A DNA stretch of 64,000 nt from Cetorhinus maximus (Eukaryota). Location of the stretch: contig NC_135879.1 in NCBI RefSeq assembly GCF_964194155.1, forward strand, positions 38,378,001 to 38,442,000, in the 5' to 3' direction. The notes beneath the pieces are model-generated. The model was not told the origin of the DNA. It saw nothing but the letters and a program-made list of their open reading frames with translations, and did no database searches. This document shows, one piece after another, positions 50,197-63,925 of this stretch. The translations under genes were made by a program, and so were the position numbers. Each line of letters starts with the position of its first letter. Positions within the stretch are counted from its first letter, which is position 1.

Positions 50197-50874
50197 GGGC
50201 TGGATTTTCAGCTTGGCGTACAGGCGCATGCCTGACACGCATGAGCATGAAATAGTGCGCAATGACGACAGGCGAGCGTCCCAATGCATTCGCACAGTTG
50301 AGCGATATTTTGGTCAGTGGGCGCACGCGGGAGCCAGCAGCACACCCACTGACAATTAAGCGGGCTGTTAAGCCCATTAATAAATAAATTAAAGTGAAAT
50401 TTTCCCTGCCCATCCAGCCTTATGGTTGGCCGGCAGGCAAAAAGGCCAAGAGGCCTTTGGATTTTTGAGGAAACCTCATTTACGGGCAGGATGAGGCTTC
50501 TGATGTTAATTAAAAATAAAATAAAAATTTTTATATCTCATCTTTAACATGTCCCTGCTCATGTGACAGTCACATGAGGGGACATGTTTACCTTAATTTT
50601 AAAATCTTTACTTTTAATGTTAGAAATCTTCAGCTCCCTGAGGCAGCTCTGTGCCTTCAGAGATCTTTCACTGAGAGCACCCGCGCACATGCGCTGAGTT
50701 CCGCCCTCGCCCTCCTCCCCCCGCCAACCCAGGCAGCGCTGAGTGTTTCAGCATGCGATTCACTCTGGCTGGCCATTAATTGGCCAGCCAGCATGAAATC
50801 CCGTTCGGGGCCCAATTGCAAGCTGCTCCTGGGCCCACCCGTCACGCCTGCCCGACGAGGGGAAAATCCTCCCC
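50197..50874. mobile_element. Harbinger-type MITE, multi-hairpin family, copy 2
   Basis: TIRs gggctggattttc / gaaaatcctcccc; colinear with 1031-1689. Confidence 0.85.
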
Positions 50875-50959
50875 TTTGAATATTACAGGAAGGAGGGAGG
50901 GCATTCAGCCCATCTTTCCTGCGCTGGCCCATCTTTCCTGTGCTGGATCTTTGAAAGAG

Positions 50960-53720
50960 CTATATAATCATGCAAATTAGTTCTCTTAAAGTACACGTAC
51001 AATTGCCTTTTGAAAGTTCCTATGGAATTGGATTGCGCCACCTTTTCAGGTACGTGTTCTGGATCTCAACAAACTTACATGTGAAAAAATTCTTCTTATA
51101 TCGCTAGAATCTTAGAATGGTTACAGCACAGAAGCAGGCCATTTGGCCTGTAGAGTCCAGGCTGGCTCTCTGCAAAAGCAGATTATCTTGTCATCCACCA
51201 CCTTTACCCACAGCCCTGCAACTTTTTTTTTTCAGGTGCTTACCCAATTCTCTTTTGAAAGCCATGATTGAAACTGCCTCCACCACCCACCCAGGCAGAT
51301 CCTAACCACTAGCTTTAAAAAATGTTTTTCCTCTTGTTAATTTTGGCTCTTTTGACACTCATCTTAAATCTATGTCCTCTGGTTCTTGACCCTTCCGCCA
51401 ATGGGAACAATCATTTTCTATTTAGACTCCTCATGATTTTGAACACTGCCATCAAATCCCCTAACCTTCTCTTTCTCTAAGGAGGACAACCCCAGCTTCC
51501 CCAATTTATCCACTATAATTCTTTTGGCAATTATTTGATGAACTTGTTAGAGGAAATAGTTTCTCTCTACTTAGCGTATCAAACACCTCATTATTTAAAA
51601 ACTCTAATAGGTCTCCCCTTAACGCTCCCTGTTCTGAGGAAAATAATCCCACTTTTCCAACTTCTCCATAAAATTGAACTCACTCATCATTGGTATCACT
51701 CTGGTAAGCCTCTTCAAGGCCTTGGCATTCTTGTTAAAGGGTACTACCCAGAATTGTATACAATATTCCAGCTGAGACCTAATGAGTAATTTGAAAAGGA
51801 TTAGTTTGAATTTGTTGTTTTTGCTTTAAATACCCCTATTTACAAAGCCAAGTGTTCTATATGTTTTCTTAACCATCTTATCAACCTGCCCTGCCACCTT
51901 CAAAGATTTTTGAATATGCATCCTCAGGTCCCTCTGCTCTTGCCCACTTCCCCCCTCAAAGTAGTACTATTTAGGTTTTACAAAAATGAAATACTCCAGA
52001 TGCTGGAAATCTGAAATAGGAACAGAAAATGCTGGAAATATTTAGTTGGTCAGGCAGCATCTGTGACCTTTCATCAAAACCAATTAGATTTTACCGCTTC
52101 TCCATGTTTTACCCAAAGTGCATTACTTCACACTTATCTCCGTTAACACCCATCTGTCATGAGTCTGCCCATTTCACCCAGTTTATGTCTACTATGAAAT
52201 CTGTTACTATCATGCTCATTATTTATGGCATTGCCATGCTTGGTATCATCTGCAAACATTGAAATTGTACTCCCCATACCAAGGTCCAGGTCAATTATAT
52301 ATGACAAGAAAAGCAATGGTCCTGATACTGTTCCCTGGGAGACCCCACTTCATTCATTCTTCCAGTCAGGAAAACATCTGTTCACCACTATTCTCTGCCT
52401 CCTATCCCTTGTCCAAATACCAGCCGAGGTTTCCATCATCCCTTTTTTCTGGGATAATTCTTCAGATGTGGGCGTCACTGACAAGGCCAGCATTTATTGC
52501 CCATCCCTATTTGCCCTTGAGAAGGTGATGATGAGCTACCTTCTTCTACCCCTGCAGTCTATGTGGTGTACGTACGTCTACAGTGCTGTTAGGAGAGGAA
52601 TTCCAGGACTTTGCCCCAGCAACAATGTAAGAACGGCAATATAGTTCCAAGTCAGGATGGTGAGTGACTTGCAAGTGAACTTGCAGGTGGTAGTGTTCCC
52701 ATCCGTATTCTAACACCTGACTACCTAGGCCACTGTGCACTGGTGGTGGAGTGAATGTTTAAGGTGCTGGATGAAGCGCCAATCAAGCGTGCTACTTTGT
52801 CCTGGATGGTGTCAACCTTCTTGAATGTTGGTGGAGCTGCACTCATCTAGGCAAGTGAAAAATATTCTATCACACTCCTGACTTGTGCCTTGTAGATGGT
52901 GGACAGACTTTGGGGAATCAGGAGGTGAGTTACTCACTGCAGAATTCCCAGCCTCTGATCTGCTCTTGTAGTCACAATATTTATATGGCTTATCCAATTC
53001 ATTTTCTGGTCAATGGTAACCCCCCCAGGATATTGATAGCGATGGTAATGTCATTGAATGTCCAGGGGAGATGGTTAGATTTTCTCTTGTTGAAGATGGT
53101 AATTGCCTGGCAATTGTGTAGCATGAATATAACTTGCCACTTATCAGCCCAAGCCTGAATATTGTCCAGGTCTTGATGCATGTGGTCCAAACATGAACAA
53201 AAGAGCTGAATTCCAAAGGCGAGTTTAGAATAATTGACCTTAATATGGATTGCTTCAATATCTGAGGAGTTGCAAATGGCCCCCTACTGTGTAATCATCA
53301 GCAAACATCCACACCCTGACCTTATGATGGTGGGAAAGTTATTGACGAAGCAGATGAAGATGATTGGGCCAGGGCAATATTCTGAGGAACTCATGCTGTG
53401 ATGTCCTGGGGCTGAGGTGATTGGCCTCCAACAGCCACAACCATCTTCCTTTGTGCTAGGTATGACTCCAACCAGTGGAGAATTTTCCCCTGGTTCCCAT
53501 TGACTTCAATTTTGTTCGTCTCCTTGAAGCCACAATCGGTCAAATGCTGCCTTGATGTTAAGGTCAATTATTCTAAATTCGCCTTTGGAATTCAGCTCTT
53601 TTGTTCATGTTCAGACCACAGCTGTAATGAGGTCGGGAGCTGAGTGACCCTGGCAGAACCCAAACTTAGCATCGCTGAGTAGGCTGCTGCTAAGCAAGTG
53701 CCACTTGATACCATGACAAC
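50960..53720 (-). mobile_element. Stacked CR1 and CR1/L2-group LINE relics, with a Penelope terminus fragment at ~51981-52080
   Basis: QDLDNIQAWADKWQV on -; CR1 tails; gatgctggaaatctgaaa motif. Confidence 0.7.
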
Positions 53721-54095
53721 AACAATTTAAAATCACTTCTATAGTGAGAAAAAGAGTGAGTTAATAGACATACACTACTGCCTATAAGAGCCAGATAGTG
53801 AAAGGTGGATACAGAATTCCTTACAGTAAAAAATGAGAGTAGGAAAGAGTGAGAGAATTGCAATAGATACAATTTATTCATTTTTTTCAAAATTCAACAA
53901 CATAAAATACATAACACGTTGTGCAATACCCCTGTTGTTATAACATCAATTATTAAGAAACATATTCTCCAACACACCATTAACAATAGCTTAGGAGAGC
54001 TGCTCATGTGATATATTAACGGATACATAGAAGTGATTTAATTTGGCAAGGCTGCATGTATAGTTTATGACAATCTGAATCCTTATGGAACTAAT

Positions 54096-54800
54096 GGGCA
54101 GAATTTTCTGCCTACCGGGCGGACGGGCCCGACCCAATCTGCTGCGGGCAGGGAGCTGATCCCCGCCGGAGAAGCGGGCCCCGCCGCCATTTTAAGTGGG
54201 CAGCCAATTAAGGCCCGCCCAGCGTGACCTCTGCCGGGAAGCGCTATGCGCTTCCTGTGTGGGCGGGGGGGATTCCCCAAATGCGAGAGTGCGCTCTTTC
54301 GCACATGCGCACAAAAGAGCACACATCTCCCTGAGGCTAAGTGCTGCCTCAGGGAGATTGCTGACAGTTGTGAAAACATTAAAAATAGAAAAGAAAAATC
54401 CTTAACATGTCCCCCTCATGTGACAATGTCACATGAAATGGGACATGTTCATAAATTTCACTAAAACTTTATTAAACTTTTAAAATCCCTACATGAAACC
54501 TCATGCCACCGGTGGATGAGGTTTCATGTTTTTTCTATTGCCCGCCGGGGCTCCTGGCCTGCCCGCCAGCCTTAAGGTTGGATGGGCAGGTCCTTTAATT
54601 GTTTTAATGATCCTGTCAATGGCCTCATTTGGCCATTTACAGGTTGACGGGTGCATAGCTGATTTGGCTGTGCCCCCGCCTTCCTGAAGATTTAAATGGG
54701 GCGGGATGACGTCGGGGGGAACTCCCGACGTCATCCCGCGTCATTTTGCGTGTCGGCGAGCAGGCCCCGCCCCCTGCTCGCCGACGGCAAAATTCAGCCC
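54096..54800. mobile_element. Harbinger-type MITE, multi-hairpin family, copy 3 (inverted, CpG-rich)
   Basis: TIRs gggcagaatttt / aaaattcagccc. Confidence 0.88.
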
Positions 54801-55169
54801 TATGTCTTGTCATCACATCCAGCTACCAATTATTGGCTATTACAAAACCCTTAATTTTCTATTATTTTACTACTCAGTGGGTTCAGGTGCATCTTGTTTG
54901 CCAGTCATATACCTCTCCGTAAAACTGGTGATTAACCCCCTTTTCCCATTTCCCATAACCTTGCAAATCTTCCCCTCCAAGGTTTTAATTTTAGTGCTTC
55001 CAAATTTTAGTGATTTGAGGAGTTGGGTTGCAAACAAAGATTGATCAAGAGAACTGTAAATGAACAATGACAGTGAGTTTGGAGACAAACCAAGAGTTAC
55101 TAGGCTGGGAGACTATATAGGTCAGTAAGCACAGAAGTGATGTATGTACCAGATTTGGTGCACATTAGG

Positions 55170-57590
55170 ATGACTTCAAGTAGTGTAGTGGAGTGTAGAA
55201 AATGGGAGGTAGGCCAAGCGTGTGGAATAGTCAAGTCTAGAGGTAACAAAAGCATAGATGAGGATTTGAGCAGATGATGAGCTGAGGCAAGGGTGGCGTC
55301 GGATGATGTTTCAGAGATTGGAGGTAGACAGCCTTAGAAATGGTGCAGACAGGTGGCCAAAAGCATATTTCGCATTCAGATATGACATCAGGATGTTAAG
55401 TCTGGTTCAGCCTCAGACAGTTGCCTTGAAAAAGGATGGAGTTTGTGACAGGGATCAAAGACAATTAACAAAAACTTTTATTTATGTCGTGCCCTTAACG
55501 TAATAGAACACTCAACGGCACTTCACAGGAGCATCATGAAACAAAGTATGACACAGATTGACAAAAAAAAGATTTTAGGTCAGATGACTAAAAGCTTGGT
55601 CAAAGAAGTAGGTTTTAAGGAGTGTCTTAAAGGAGGAAAGCGCGTTGGAGAAGTGGAGAGATGTTGGGAGGGAATTCCAGAGCTTGGGGCCTAGACAACT
55701 GAAGATGAGGTCACCAATGGTGGAGCACTTAAAATCAAGAATATTCAGGAGGTCAGAATTAGAGGAGCACAGATATCTTGAAGGGTTCTGAGGCTGGAGG
55801 AGATTAGAGAGATAGGGAGGGGCAGAGCCATGGAGGGATTTGAAATCAAGGATGAGAATTTAAAAATCAAGACGTGCTTGACCGGGACCCAATGTAGGTG
55901 AGCAAGCACAGAGGTAATAGGTGAAAGGGACTTGGTGCGAGTTAAGAAACAGGCAACAGAGTTTCGAATGAGCTCAAGTTTACCAAGGGTGGAATGTGGA
56001 AGACCTGCCAAGTGAGCATTGGAACAATCAAGTCATGGATGAGGGATTCAGTAGCAGATGAGCTGAAACATGGGTGAAGTCAGGTGATATTATGATGCTC
56101 TTAGTGATAGCCTGAATATGTGGTTGGAAGCTCCACTTGGAGTGAAATATAATACCGAGGTTACAAATAGACTGGTTTAGACTCAGACTGTTGCCAGGAA
56201 GAGGGATGGAGTCGGTAGTTAGGGAACAGAGTTTGGAGCAGGGACCAAAACAATAGCTTAAGTCTTCCCATTACTTAATTGGAGGAAGTTTCTGCACATC
56301 CAGTACTGGATGTTGGACAGGCAGTCTGATGATTTAGCAACAGTATGGAGGAGCCGAGAGAGGTGCTGTTGAGGTAGAGCTGGATGTTGTCAACATATAT
56401 GTGAAAATGAATGCTGTACTTTTGGATAATGCTCCTGAGTGTCATGAAGCTATTAATGTATATAATATTATTGGAAAATATTTTTCTTTTAAAATAGAGG
56501 TTTAGTCTGCGGGTGTGTCTTAATTAGATTAAAGCCAGCTAGTCTGGGTGTTCTGATGTGTACTAGTTTTGATATGTGAGAGCAATAGCGTGCAATTGCA
56601 TTTTTTGAATAGAGCATTCAAGAAGTTGGGTGAAAACTACCACCTTGCTAGCAGATACCAAGTAATATGTTTATATTACTAATAAAATTGGTACTATGAA
56701 AGGGGTTTCATTGTTGAAAGGTGGAGTTCAAAGAGGCTGGTGTTACAATGAGAATTTACATTCAATGAGCGGTGCTAGGTATAACTTCAGCAGTTTTGTA
56801 TGTGCAAGGCAGAGGCAATGTGAGATATAAAGCAGCTGTAAGCCTCCAACTGTCTCCACAGGAACCAAAGTGAAAAGAACCTACTTTTGAATTCGTACGG
56901 TGAAAATGCTTTGCCTGGTATCTGGGAAAATATATGGGTTGCTGTTGCCTTAATGGAGATTAGTTTGGGAATTTGTTAAAAGTTAGGATAGTAGTAATTT
57001 GTAGCCATGTGCATATATATTTTAACCTGTGTAAATTAATAAAATGTTTCATCTAGTTTAATGTAAAACCTCAAGAACTGGTGGGATGATTCCTGAATTT
57101 AGAGTTGCATCTCAAACATAACATTTGAAGTTATAGGTTTTGACAGTTGTTTAAAGTTTCCCCTCTAGGATTTTGTTAAATAATTCAGCTGTACCAACTG
57201 CACGGTCATAACACTGAGGAGAGAATGTAAATGAAAAATAGGAGGGAGCAAAGGACAGATCCTTGGGGGACATCAGAGGTAATGGCACAGAAGTAGGAAG
57301 AGGAGCCATTGCAAAGATTCTCTGGCTACTATTGTAGATAATGGAATCAGGTGAGATCAGTTCCACTCAACTGTATAATAGTGGAGAAGTGTTGAAGGAT
57401 GTTGTGATTAACTGTGTCAAAGGTTGCAGACAGATCAAGGAAGGATAGTTTGCCTTAGTCACAGCCACATAAGATGTCATGAGTGACTTTGATAAGAACC
57501 ATTTCAGTACTGTGGCAGGAGCAGAAACCTGTTTGGAGGGATTCAAGCATGGAGTTCTGGAAAAGATGGGCACGGATTTGGGAGGCATTT
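55170..57590 (-). mobile_element. L2 LINE relics, interrupted by a solo LTR
   Basis: LPHSTLGKLELIRNSVACFLTRTKSLSPITSVLAHLHWVPV; VPQGSVL-like at ~57255-57270. Confidence 0.8.
56440..57213. mobile_element. Solo LTR
   Basis: tgtcatga ... tcataaca termini (7/8 inverted match). 5-bp TSD CTGAG at 56435-56439 and 57214-57218. The L2 resumes after it. Confidence 0.85.
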
Positions 57591-58115
57591 GGACAATTCA
57601 GCCAAATGCTACTAGCGCTTGAGGAATTATATCCACCCAGGTGTCACTAGCTTCAGAGAGAAACATAAGAAAAATATCTAAGAATTAATACGTTTATTGA
57701 ATCAATTTTCACCCAACCAGCAATCAACAAAGCCAATAGAATTCGGAACTTTAAAGTCAGATAAGAAGAATACAATCATATCATATAAAACTCTGGTCAG
57801 TCCAAACTTTGACTCATATGTTCATTTTTGTCCAGTACTGAGGCATTACTGGAAGCCACACAAAGAAAAGGCACAAGGCTGCTCTGCAGCCTTAGGCATC
57901 TCAGTTAGGACAAAAGATAGGAGAAACTTCAGCCCTGAAAGGAGATTGATCTTGTAGAGGTGTACAAGATTATGAACAGTATTGGAAAGTTAAATCCAAA
58001 ATGTTGCTTTAAATTAGATTGCAAAGATAGAACAAGATATCACAGGTCAAAATAACAAATGGCAAATATGTACTGGTAACAGCAAGTTCTCTTTAAATAG
58101 AACGGTCAACACATG

Positions 58116-60740
58116 GGGAGGAATTGTCCCAGATTTGCACTGAATGCAGTAGTGGGCAAGAAAACCACCTTTTACCCGCCAGCCACAATGGTGGCTTCTC
58201 ACACTATATTGACCCACTCCCGCCACATTAATTATGCATCCCTGGGAAACACGCCGTTTCCATGGCGTGTAGGCTGTCATTCGCCCACCACGCCATCACC
58301 TTGCTGCTTCTTCACGCTAGGTGCCATATTTAAAGTGCAGCCACGTGCACACCTCTCAATGCTTCCAGCCCAAAACTGCTGCAAGGAAGACTTGGCCCCA
58401 AAAGGCAAGAAGACTGCAGCCCCCAGGTTTAATGACGCATCCCTCGAGCGCCTTTTGGATGCAGTGGAAGCCCACCATGATGTCCTCCACCCCGCTATGG
58501 CTGCAAGATAGGCAGCAACATCACGAATCCGGCTTGGGAGGGGGTGGCAGCAGTGGCTAGTGCCAATGCCTTAGAAAAGAGGAGAGCCACCCAGTGCCGA
58601 AAAATGATGAATGATCTCCTCCGTTCCACCAGGGTAAGTCACTCTTCTCATCACTCTCAACTCACACACTCACAAACCCATCATACATTCACAGGGATCG
58701 CACACCTCAAGGTACAACACCACTAAATCTCACATCAGGCTTACACCCTCTGGAGCTTGTGTCCTCATCCTGTCCATGGCTCCGCTCACCATACAAACAT
58801 TCCATGTAGTGCCATGAGTCATGCTCACATTCTCTCCATCTGTTTTAATGCAGGAGAAGCCTGCTCACATCAGAAGGAAGAGGTCCCAGACCGGGGTGGA
58901 GTGGCCCACATTATACCCCTCCCTTACTTTGAGGAGTACGCCATTGCGCTGACTGGTGAGGATGTGAACCGTGCCTGCGGCGACTGTGAGGTCAGCGGCG
59001 TACACCTATCTGAGGATTCAGCACCACATGATCCCTCTCTCGATGCAAATGTGAGTGCTCTGTCTCCTGCTTTTGACTGTGCTGACATGCACTAATTATC
59101 TCTACTTTGGTTCGCAGGAAGCTCTGCCAAGCGACTGGTGCCCTCAGCGAGCCAGTCCCTCAGCTCCATCCAGGTCTGCACCTCCAGCCAAGAGGAAACC
59201 TCCTCCATTGAAGAGCTGGAAATAAGCAGCCTGGAAGACCCGTCACAGCACTTACCTACACCCTCCACCAGCGCAGAGACATAAATCTCAATTGCACCTA
59301 AATCCAGAGCAGGCTCCGGTTCACACTTTGTTGGTCACTGCACGGACACATATCTGCAGCAGGAGGAGGCAAGTTCTACTGAGCTCCCGGCATTCGGAGG
59401 ACTGCTAGTGAAGAGGCATTTGTGAGGTCCAAGTCGGTTGATGAGCCTCTGGATTTGGCCTTCCAACTCATCGTGGAGAGTCAGCAGAATGCGGTGGAAC
59501 ATCACGCAGATCTCTTGGAAGCCCTCAACAGAGTGGCACACGAGTCAGAGGAGTGCGTCCGCCTGCTCTTGGATGAAGTGGTGCACATGCGTTTGGAGCT
59601 CTCCGTGGGGAGGATGGTGGATGCCATTGAGGCCCTGGTCCAGCGGAACGCAGAGATGCTGCAAACCTGCAATTCATCACGGGTGAGTTCCTGCAGTGGC
59701 AACGCAAGAGGGAAACAAGGCACCTCAACATCCCTCCAGGTGCTCCTTCCCCTCAAGGAGTCATCCCTTTCCTTCCCGAAAATCCCACCCCTATCCATAT
59801 TAATCTCCCTGACTTCCTCCTTCCCACCCCCAGGGTCCATGCCTGCCACCAAGTCCCCAACCACTGACAGAGGATGAGGTTGAGGGACTCACAGGCAAAG
59901 GGGACTCGGAGGGAGAGGACAGCTTCTGAGATTCCTGAGTGGATGACCCAGAGGTGTCCAGCAAGGGCTGAGCTGGTAGGTGATGATGGGAGGAGGTAAG
60001 TGATACTTGGGGGGGCGGTCATCAGTGATGGGTGAAACGAAATGGGTGACTGGGGGAGGGGAAAGGACAGGGGAGCACACAAAAAATGTTAGTCACACTA
60101 TGCTAGCTAAATCGAAAGTGAAACGAGAACCATGGTGGGCAAGAGGAGGTGCTGCATGGAAATGTGATCAATGGGTGGGTGGAGATACCAGGTCAGCTCA
60201 GATGAAAGCGAACCTCAGCAGGCAGCATTGAAATTGCAGGATATTGAAATATGTTGCGGGAAGGATCCACTTGTGTGGGAGAGTGCTTGCACGAGGCTCT
60301 GAAAGGCCCTCTCACACACACACTTCTCCTTCCAGAAACACTCATGCTGGCTACTTGCAACTGAACTGCTAGAATAATGTGTAATAGTGTCTTTCATCTT
60401 AGCTGACAGGCTTTGTGAGTCCACCCCCTGCATCCCCTTCCCAGCCCCCGCTAGCAGTTCAGCTGCACGCAGCCGGCACATGAGTGATTCTGGAGAGAGA
60501 AATGTGTGTGTGACAGGGCCCTTCAGAGCCTCGTGCAAGCCCTTATAATGATATGCAGATGTATTACAATGAGGCTTCCGACATCCGAAGGTGGAAAACA
60601 TGGCCCGCCATTGGTGGGCAGAGCGGACAATCGCAAACTGGTTTTACAACATTGTGAAACCAATTTTTGGCCTTCTTGACATATTGTCCACTCACACCAC
60701 CGAACACACCTGACGCCAGCGGGCACAGAAAATTCCACCC
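58116..60740 (+). mobile_element. Non-autonomous Harbinger D3: Myb gene plus rearranged module
   Basis: TIRs gggaggaattgtccc / gaaaattccaccc. APKGKKTAAPRFNDASLERLLDAVEA..RRATQCRKMMNDL. Donors GTAAGT 58633 and GTGAGT 59051; acceptors 58853 and 59117. Confidence 0.88.
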
Positions 60741-61919
60741 AAGGAATCAATTTTCAAATGGAGCAGTGGAACATATGGCCTACAATTTGCTGTGGTAGAG
60801 CAATAAATGACATCTGCTGTTGGACTCACCCTTGCCCATTTAATGTCGCTGAGACTGCATGGAGAGCTGCTGGAAACGAGAGATGGAAATGACACTTTAC
60901 AGGGCATCTGGAATCTGAATGAACAGGGAAAGCAACTGTATCTCCTTAACCAATCAGATTGAAGGATTGTGAAATTAATAATTCATGGACTGAGTAGAAA
61001 GTGTAAGTTAGAATGGTGAAGTCAATAACAAATCAGGTACAGAAAGAGAAATAAAGAGTGGAAAGAAAAATTGAATTGAGAGAAAAAGTATAGTGTTTAA
61101 AAAAATTTGCAATTTTTAAAAAAAAATCACTAACAATTGAAACTTGAAAGAATGAAACCCCACATTTGTAATAGTTAATTTTCTGTGCCAGAGAGGGTGT
61201 TTGGAAGTAAATAACAATTAACATGTTGTTTGAAGGGAAATCTTGAAACAACTTGACTTAACTTTCTGTAGTGAGATTACTTCATAGCTACCACACAAAT
61301 ACAGCAACATCACATCATTCGATGTATCTGAATGGTGAGCAAGCCAGTGAGATGCCATTTTGGCAAAGTTAAATTTGCAATGACACATCTCTGACATTTA
61401 CTTTTCAACTTACAGGATTAATCACACCTCTGCCGTTGCCTGAAGTTGCCATGGCATTTGTACATAAATAACATTGACTCCTATTAGCCTCGCTGTTATT
61501 TTGATGACAAATTTGGGCAATAGTGTATAAGAATGGGGCTGCACAAGACACCCAACTACCACTTGACTTACCATGCAACCAAAGTAAGGTCAGTTGGCTA
61601 TAAAGTGGCAAGATTAGAGAGAAATTCGATGTCATTCCTTCAATTAGCTGAGCCAGAGAGGGAATCTTTTGTTGTTACCAATAATAAAACATCTGTGGTG
61701 TCAAGGGGAGGGCGTTGATGGCAAGAAGGAGGGATGGGGTGTCAGAAGCAAGGGTGGGGGTAGCTTTCTGATGGGTCAAGCTTTGGGAAGGGCTGCTATT
61801 AAGCACTGAATGCCTGTGAATGAGGGACCCCCCTGTCACCCCCCCTCCCCCCACCTGCCCAAAAGGCCTGTGGCAAACCTGACAGGTTTTGGGCAGCCTC
61901 CCTAGATGGTGAACTTATA

Positions 61920-62310
61920 TTTTATTCATTCAGTGGATGTGGGCTTCGCTAGCTAGGCTAGCATTTATCAGCCATTCCTAATTGCCCTTGAGGAGGTGGT
62001 GGTGAGCTGCATTTTTGAACCACCGCAGTCCATGTGGTTTAGGTACTGACACAGTGCTGTTAGGGAGGGAGTTCCAGGATTTTGACCCAGCGACAGTGAA
62101 GGAACTGAGATGTATTTCTGAGTCAGGATGGTGAGTGGCTTGTAGGGGAACTTTCAGGTGGTGGCGTTCCCATGTATCTACTACCCTTGTCGTTCTATAT
62201 GGTAGTGGTCGTGGGTTTGGAAGGTGCTGTCATAACATAAGAAATAGGACCAGGAGTAGGCCATTCAGCCCTTCAAGCTTGCCCCGCCATTCAATAAGAT
62301 CATGGCCACC
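61920..62310 (-). mobile_element. LINE tail plus CR1 3' tail fragments
   Basis: Reversed gggcaattagg..ataaatgct tail; cataagaaatagga..ggccattcagccc. Confidence 0.6.
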
Positions 62311-62499
62311 CCATCAACAGCCACCCCACCTCCAAACTCACCGTCCATTGAGTCACAAGAAGTGATATGGGGTTGGGGGGTTGGTTATGGAGCCTACAAG
62401 GGCAGGAAACATGGCATTCAAGATGACACAATTAGACAGGATGGTAAATTTTAATTTCCTGATGGCAGGTTCAGATGCAGAGATAAAGTCAGTTGCGTG

Positions 62500-63683
62500 T
62501 TTGTGGCGTGTCATGATTACACTAGCTTGCGGTGGGTTCATACTTGTAATAAACTTGTATGTCATGAATACCCATTAACCTGAAATAGTTTTCAATAAAG
62601 TCCTACCGTCAGGATAAAATCAGCAGCGCACGAGAATCTCATGGCATCCGGTTCACAATTGTTTAAAGGTGGCATGCACCAGTCGACTTTGTGCAGTTGT
62701 GACTAATGTTAGCAGTTCTCTGTGTTGAATTCTGTGGTAGAAGGCGGTGGTAGTTGAAAGGCTGGTGCTCAGGTGCAGGGAGGTGCGGTGGACAGAGGAC
62801 CATGTGTTTGTCCTGTTAGGGTCGAGTGGGGGGGGATGGGAATGGGTGGGTCAAGGCAGGGATTGAAAGATGGATGAAGGACTTAAAGAGCAGGGTTACT
62901 GCTATCAAAGGTGGGTATAGAGGGTCGAATTGAGGATGCTGGGTGGTGGAGGAAACAATCACAGTCAAAGGGGGAAGTTGTACTCAGTATAGGGGCAGGT
63001 CTAGAGTCAGGATCAGGTATTGGAATGTCTCATGGGGTGGGACATGGGGGCGAGCAAAAGCCTGGAGGAGGATAACAGGGAGGGTTCAGGGTCAGAGTGG
63101 GTATTAGGATGATCACAGGTGTAGGCACAGAGGGGAGAGTTGGCATGTTCAGGGAAATGGTAATAGGTCCAGAGTAATGGGAGGAGGTTCAAGGATAAGA
63201 GAGGGGAGAGGAAAGGTTATGTTGGGTGGGTCAAAGGTGATGGGGGCAAGCGTGAGGGTGACAGGAGGGTAGAAGGTACAGGGGGTTTGGAATGAAACAC
63301 GCACCATAATTTAAATTATTTTCTGAATATAAGATCGATTGAAGTGAGAGGAAGGTTTTTTTGGGTGGAGTTAATGTTGCATACAACTGGCTGATTAAAG
63401 GGACTCCCTAATAATTAGTTAAATGGATGAGCATGCTCTCACATCTATGTCTGCCCTCTTCACACAGTGCAATTACTGCAATAACAATGGTCTCATTCAC
63501 CCAATTTTCCTGCAAGCTCAGGAGCAAGAGGAGAGCTCTTGCTGTCCAACAACAGAGGTCGCAAGTCCAATAGCAGGCAACATGAGTGTGGGAGGCTGCT
63601 CCAGATGCAGACATCCAGGGAAGGCATTGGCGAAGGCAGGCATTGGCATATAAACACACCAAGAGGACAAGAACAAACTACCT
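62500..63683 (+). mobile_element. Harbinger family E 5' fragment (G-rich probable intron plus transposase N-terminus)
   Basis: Reverse-complement homolog of ~28660-29900: MVSFTQFSCK at 63487 versus MVSFTQVSCS at 28858. Confidence 0.8.
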
Positions 63684-63925
63684 CCCAGATTTTCCTCAGG
63701 GGTATGGCCCCTGGGAATTGGGTGGCTATATCCATAATGGTTAGGAGGTAGTGATAACCCACCCTAGTTTTTGGTAAGGGTCCTATCCCATCTACCAGAA
63801 CTCTGCTAAAGGGTTCATCAAATGCAAGTATGGGGATTAGTGGGGTGGGGTTAATTGCAGGTTGTGGTTTCCCAACAACCTGATAGATATGGCAAGTTCT
63901 GCAAAACTCAACTACATCTTTTAAG
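63684..63925 (-). pseudogene. Gypsy LTR retrotransposon integrase fragment
   Basis: DVVEFCRTCHIYQVVGKP..PFSRVLVDGIGPLPKT..YLLTIMDIATQFPGAIPLRKI (zinc-binding CxxC and first catalytic D region). Confidence 0.88.

Noticed and set aside
58390-59760. Host MSANTD/NAIF1 gene
   Set aside because: Start codon lost (ttg), frameshifted, bounded by TIRs and multicopy.
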